From positions 928,001 through 992,000 of the forward strand of contig OZ243974.1 of the NCBI GenBank assembly GCA_965214775.1: a stretch of DNA of 64,000 bases, given 5' to 3'. This document shows positions 60,547 through 64,000 of the stretch, piece after piece; position 1 is the stretch's first letter, and the number at the start of each line of letters is the position of its first letter. A program made the position numbers and the translations under genes. Below the pieces are notes generated by a model. That model was not told the DNA's origin, did no database searches, and saw nothing but the letters and a program-made list of their open reading frames with translations. Source of the stretch: Nitrosopumilus sp. GTDB taxonomy: Archaea > Thermoproteota > Nitrososphaeria > Nitrososphaerales > Nitrosopumilaceae.

Positions 60547-61086
60547 ATGGTAGACAGGATAGACGAGCTGATAATCTCTGCTCTCAGCCAGAACTCGCGA
60601 CAGAGTGTCTTTGAGATTTGGGATTTCCTGAAGGGTTTCGGTCACAACGTTGCCGAGGAGGAGATCGAGTCGCGCAAAAAAGCCCTAGAGGAGGAGGGGA
60701 TCATCAAGAGGTATACGATTTCGATTGACTCGAAAAAGCTTCCCGGCAGGGTCATACGTGTTGATCTGGTGACGTTTAGGACATCGCAGGCCCTGCAAAA
60801 AAGGCTGGAGGGATTAAAAAAATACCTCAATGACGCCCCGTTCGTCATCTTTACGGGAAAGACCAGGGGCGGGTACGACTGGATTACGATAAAGTCGTTT
60901 CTGTCATCGGAGATGGCAGACGAGGAAAACGACATGTACAGGAACTTGTTCGGGGATATAATTCAGACCTACGAGGTGTACGACTTTGTTCCACAGACTG
61001 ATGCCTCGCTTTATGCTCTGACATATACGGAGGCAGAATACAAGAGATTCCTCAGGGAATGGGCTCCCCCGTTCATCGGCAAATAA
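60547..61086 (+). CDS. Lrp/AsnC-family transcriptional regulator
   Basis: DRIDELIISALSQNSR...R...LEEEGIIKRYTI HTH region and TRGGYD motif. Confidence 0.85.
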   Translation: MVDRIDELIISALSQNSRQSVFEIWDFLKGFGHNVAEEEIESRKKALEEEGIIKRYTISIDSKKLPGRVIRVDLVTFRTSQALQKRLEGLKKYLNDAPFVIFTGKTRGGYDWITIKSFLSSEMADEENDMYRNLFGDIIQTYEVYDFVPQTDASLYALTYTEAEYKRFLREWAPPFIGK

Positions 61087-61110
61087 GCCGGCGTCGACTA
61101 GATGCTGTCT

Positions 61111-61989
61111 TTAGCTCCGGAGGCCGGTGCTTTTTGAGCGGCCCTTTTTGTATTTCAGCGCATCGTCGATCATCGCATGTGTCTGCCTTCTCATGTTCAT
61201 CAGAAACTTGATCAGATCCACCCGCTCCCTTGGACTGGCCTTGTGGGCATCCTCAATCAGATCATCTATTCTTGAAAGCGTGATCTTCAGGGCCAACGTG
61301 CTTTTCCTGATGATCTGCGCCTCCTTGGATCTTGCCTCCCTTTTGTATCCGCATTGGTCTGACTCTGCCTTTAGCCGGCTTTTTATTTTTCTGATCTGCC
61401 TTACCGTAAGCTTGTTGTCGACTATCTCGTCGACAAGCTCCGTCTTTAGCGCGGGGCCGACGCCGGTAAGCTCCAGCGCCTGGCTGATGCTCAGGTCGCT
61501 GCTAGTCACCCTGCCTTTTACCTCCTCGGGGAGTTTGAGCAGCTGCATCCTGTGTGATACATACTCCTCGCTCTTGCCAATCCTCCTTCCAAGATCGCTT
61601 ACGCCGCCCCAGCCAAAGTCAACTACGTATCTTTGGTAGGCCTCTGCCTCCTCGATGGGATCCATTGACTTTCGCTGCAGGTTTTCTGCCAGCTGGATCT
61701 CGTATGCCTGCTTGTCAGAGAACTCGCGTATTTTGCACGGGATGAGCCTCCACCTGAGGGATCTGCATGCGGCAAACCTCCTATGGCCGGCTACAATCTC
61801 AAAGCCGTGCTCCAGTGGACGGACGACTATGGGTTGAAGCAGGCCGTGATCCTTTATGCTTGATTTGAGGTTGGCCATCTCCGGGGAGTTCTTTGGATCA
61901 GGATACCGGATCGGAAACTTTGAGGGCCTAATCATCCGTAGTTCAATTGGTTCAACCAACGAGTTATCATAGACCTCTGTGCCAGCCAT
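61111..61989 (-). CDS. ParB/RepB/Spo0J-family protein
   Basis: SIKDHGLLQPIVVR, IVAGHRR, ENLQR, PIEEAEAY and HTH (LGRRIGKSEEYVS) motifs. Confidence 0.92.
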   Translation of the reverse strand: MAGTEVYDNSLVEPIELRMIRPSKFPIRYPDPKNSPEMANLKSSIKDHGLLQPIVVRPLEHGFEIVAGHRRFAACRSLRWRLIPCKIREFSDKQAYEIQLAENLQRKSMDPIEEAEAYQRYVVDFGWGGVSDLGRRIGKSEEYVSHRMQLLKLPEEVKGRVTSSDLSISQALELTGVGPALKTELVDEIVDNKLTVRQIRKIKSRLKAESDQCGYKREARSKEAQIIRKSTLALKITLSRIDDLIEDAHKASPRERVDLIKFLMNMRRQTHAMIDDALKYKKGRSKSTGLRS

Positions 61990-62182
61990 GCCCGAGATAT
62001 TCTACTCGCGTATAATATTTATCGATTTATAGGGATCCTAGATACGTGTCTTATACAGAGATTAGATCCGCCCAAGATAAGGCGTACGATCGCCTAATAT
62101 TTCAGGCTGTGCCGATCAAGCAAAGACATGACAAGAAAGATGCCGGACAAGGAGATCAGGTATGTCATCGGGGGCCGTAATG

Positions 62183-62590
62183 ATAACCACATCCTGGACT
62201 CTGGAAGTTCAGGCATGGATTTTGCCACTAGTGAATGCCGATCAAAGAGGGTTTGCGTCTGAAACCGTGGGTGTTGCCTAATTCATCAGAATTCCTGAAA
62301 ACCATATGATGTTATCGTCTGATAGTTTGTTGCATAACTCGATTTTTTTCTTGCTTGAATTTGTCAAAAATAGCAAATCTGTATAAAAATCACCGTCTAC
62401 CCCGGATCTGCCTATGATCGAGATCAGAAGTTTTTTGACGAAAAAGGACGTTATGCAACAGACTATTATCCCGACTAGAAAGGGCGGAAATTCAGAAAAA
62501 TGTGCAGGTTGAACCAAACAGGCGTAATTACGTGACAACCCATCTGCCATCCCTAAAACCAGAAACGACTTCAAGAGCCCGATCAGTTAC
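62183..62590. mobile_element. Triple nest: MITE A containing MITE E (62269-62541) containing MITE F (62322-62466)
   Basis: A ends ..GACTCTGGAAGTTCAGGC / AGAGCCCGATCAGTTAC; E ends GGGTGTTGCCTAATTC / GTGACAACCC; F TIR ATAGTTTGTTGCATAAC / GTTATGCAACAGACTAT. Confidence 0.8.
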
Positions 62591-62787
62591 TGCCAACCTG
62601 GCTTTTACGCCTAGAATACCAACCGTAGGCTTGACAAAATCCTCTGATTTGAGATTTTTAGTTTTCAGAGTTTAGAAGCATAAAATCAATTTTCTTGTCT
62701 GTCATAAATTCAAATTTAAGACATGCTACAATTTCTCTTTATATACATAGAATATTAAGGGAGGAGAAATCATTGTGAGCAGTCAGA

Positions 62788-63324
62788 ATGAGAGAAAGTA
62801 GGATTTCGGCAATCGAATTAGTTAGATCGGAGGATGAGTACTCGTCTGATGACAAAATAGAGATTAACGTGCAATTTTCAGTCCAGGGAGGCCTCAGAGA
62901 TGCGTTTAACGAGGCAAGCTGGACAAAGGCCTACAACGACAATGATGTTTCATTTAAGATGAAATACGGAGTCAAACTGACTTCAGGGGGATTCAGAAAA
63001 AAGGAGCTTGGAAGGACTGTTGACACATATAGAAAGGCATCAATATTTTGGACCAGAAATCCCAAACTCGTCAATCCGATGAAAGACAGAAGGATTTGGG
63101 TTCAGGTGGCAAAGAATTTTGAGCCGTTTATCAGACTCACAGAGGAAGAGGTAAGGGAGGAGTTGTTTGATTTTGATGAGAAATTTGTATTCAATGCTTC
63201 GGACTTGGGCAAAGGAAAACACGTGTTGAGTGCAGAGGCGTTTGCGTCATGGCAAAAGCACGATTATACGGAACCAGGAAGTGTCAAAAACAATTCCGGT
63301 GAAATTGAGATTACAATCAATTAG
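62788..63324 (+). CDS. Hypothetical protein with core-like composition
   Basis: 178-aa ORF with TTTATATA TATA box upstream (~62738). Confidence 0.75.
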   Translation: MRESRISAIELVRSEDEYSSDDKIEINVQFSVQGGLRDAFNEASWTKAYNDNDVSFKMKYGVKLTSGGFRKKELGRTVDTYRKASIFWTRNPKLVNPMKDRRIWVQVAKNFEPFIRLTEEEVREELFDFDEKFVFNASDLGKGKHVLSAEAFASWQKHDYTEPGSVKNNSGEIEITIN

Positions 63325-63372
63325 GGCAGGCTCAAGGACTTCTTGATATAAAGACCGGGGGTTGTTTTTATC

Positions 63373-63736
63373 GCAAGAGTTTACCCCTCAGGCGGCACTG
63401 CTGACTAGAGTGCAAGAGTTTACCCCTCAGGCGGCACTGCTGGCCGGAGCCTTCATGGTCACGCCTGCCACGTCGTATCTTGGGGGAGGGGTAAGCTCTT
63501 ACGACTAGAGTCTTCATAATCACTCCTGCCACGCCGTATCTCAGGTGGGGGTAAACTCGTATAGCAACGGGCAGGAGTCTTTGAGTCAAAGTAGGCCATA
63601 ACTACACGTAAAAAACCTCAATTATTTCTGCTCGTTGCTATAGCTGTACTGATCTGTATTAGACCTTAGCGTATTTGTCAAAAATGACGTAAAAGCCGCC
63701 TAGTTTTTTGATCTGTACCGATTACGCACAAGGTCT
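63373..63736. mobile_element. MITE stack: B inside B (inner 63412-63502), C (63562-63640) and G (63661-63736)
   Basis: Inner B flanked by 9-bp GACTAGAGT at 63403-11 and 63503-11; C is TA-flanked; G ends AGACCTTAGCGTA / TTACGCACAAGGTCT. Confidence 0.9.
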
Positions 63737-64000
63737 GTTATTTCTAATTGAGCCGTTCTGTGGAGAACTTCTGGGAAAATTGGTATTACAGTAAAGCCTA
63801 AAACATGGCAGTATTGGATGAAGAGGGCAAAAAAAGAGGGTAAGACGACGCGAGATTGGGTTCTCAAAAGAATCTGGACTTCAATGGCAGTGCCGGCCAG
63901 TTGATGAGATCCGACGAAAGCTTCGTATACTATGCTTAATGATGAGATAGGTGATATGGGCACATACATCAACATGCAGGGATTCATTAGTGACGTTGAT

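Overview
The window is archaeal, most likely an ammonia-oxidising Nitrosopumilaceae-type thaumarchaeote. This is inferred from its archaeal core genes: PoK/PPS CoA pathway, egsA, aCPSF1/FttA, proteasome beta, PCNA-TFS-RpoL, a PEF-CTERM surface protein, cobalamin genes and two tRNAs. The heavy IS/MITE load resembles host-associated lineages, but that is also an inference. Three accessory blocks interrupt the intact core. (1) About 3.6-6.7 kb holds an IS3 remnant, a DUF3800-like gene split by a MITE and followed by a candidate structured ncRNA, and a Vsr remnant. (2) About 15.5-18.7 kb holds small ORFs, a bacterial-type triosephosphate isomerase variant and MITE stacks. (3) About 39.1-62.6 kb is a GC-richer urea-utilisation island with ureABC, ureEFGD, two Dur3-type transporters (one fused to USP), an Lrp regulator and an orphan ParB. 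Inside block 3, a ~9 kb insert separates ureA from ureE. It carries two IS5/ISL2-type elements, an IS630 and two broken putative defence genes. Removing the insertions by hand restores three continuous reading frames: a 431-aa PIN-nuclease/SRA-reader fusion (which also needs one A deleted from an A10 tract), a 434-aa SAMHD1/YwfO-like HD dNTPase paired with a YwgA/Panacea-like gene, and a 331-aa DUF3800 protein. About ten MITE families, often nested in one another, are visible. All protein assignments come from motif recognition by eye, not database searches.
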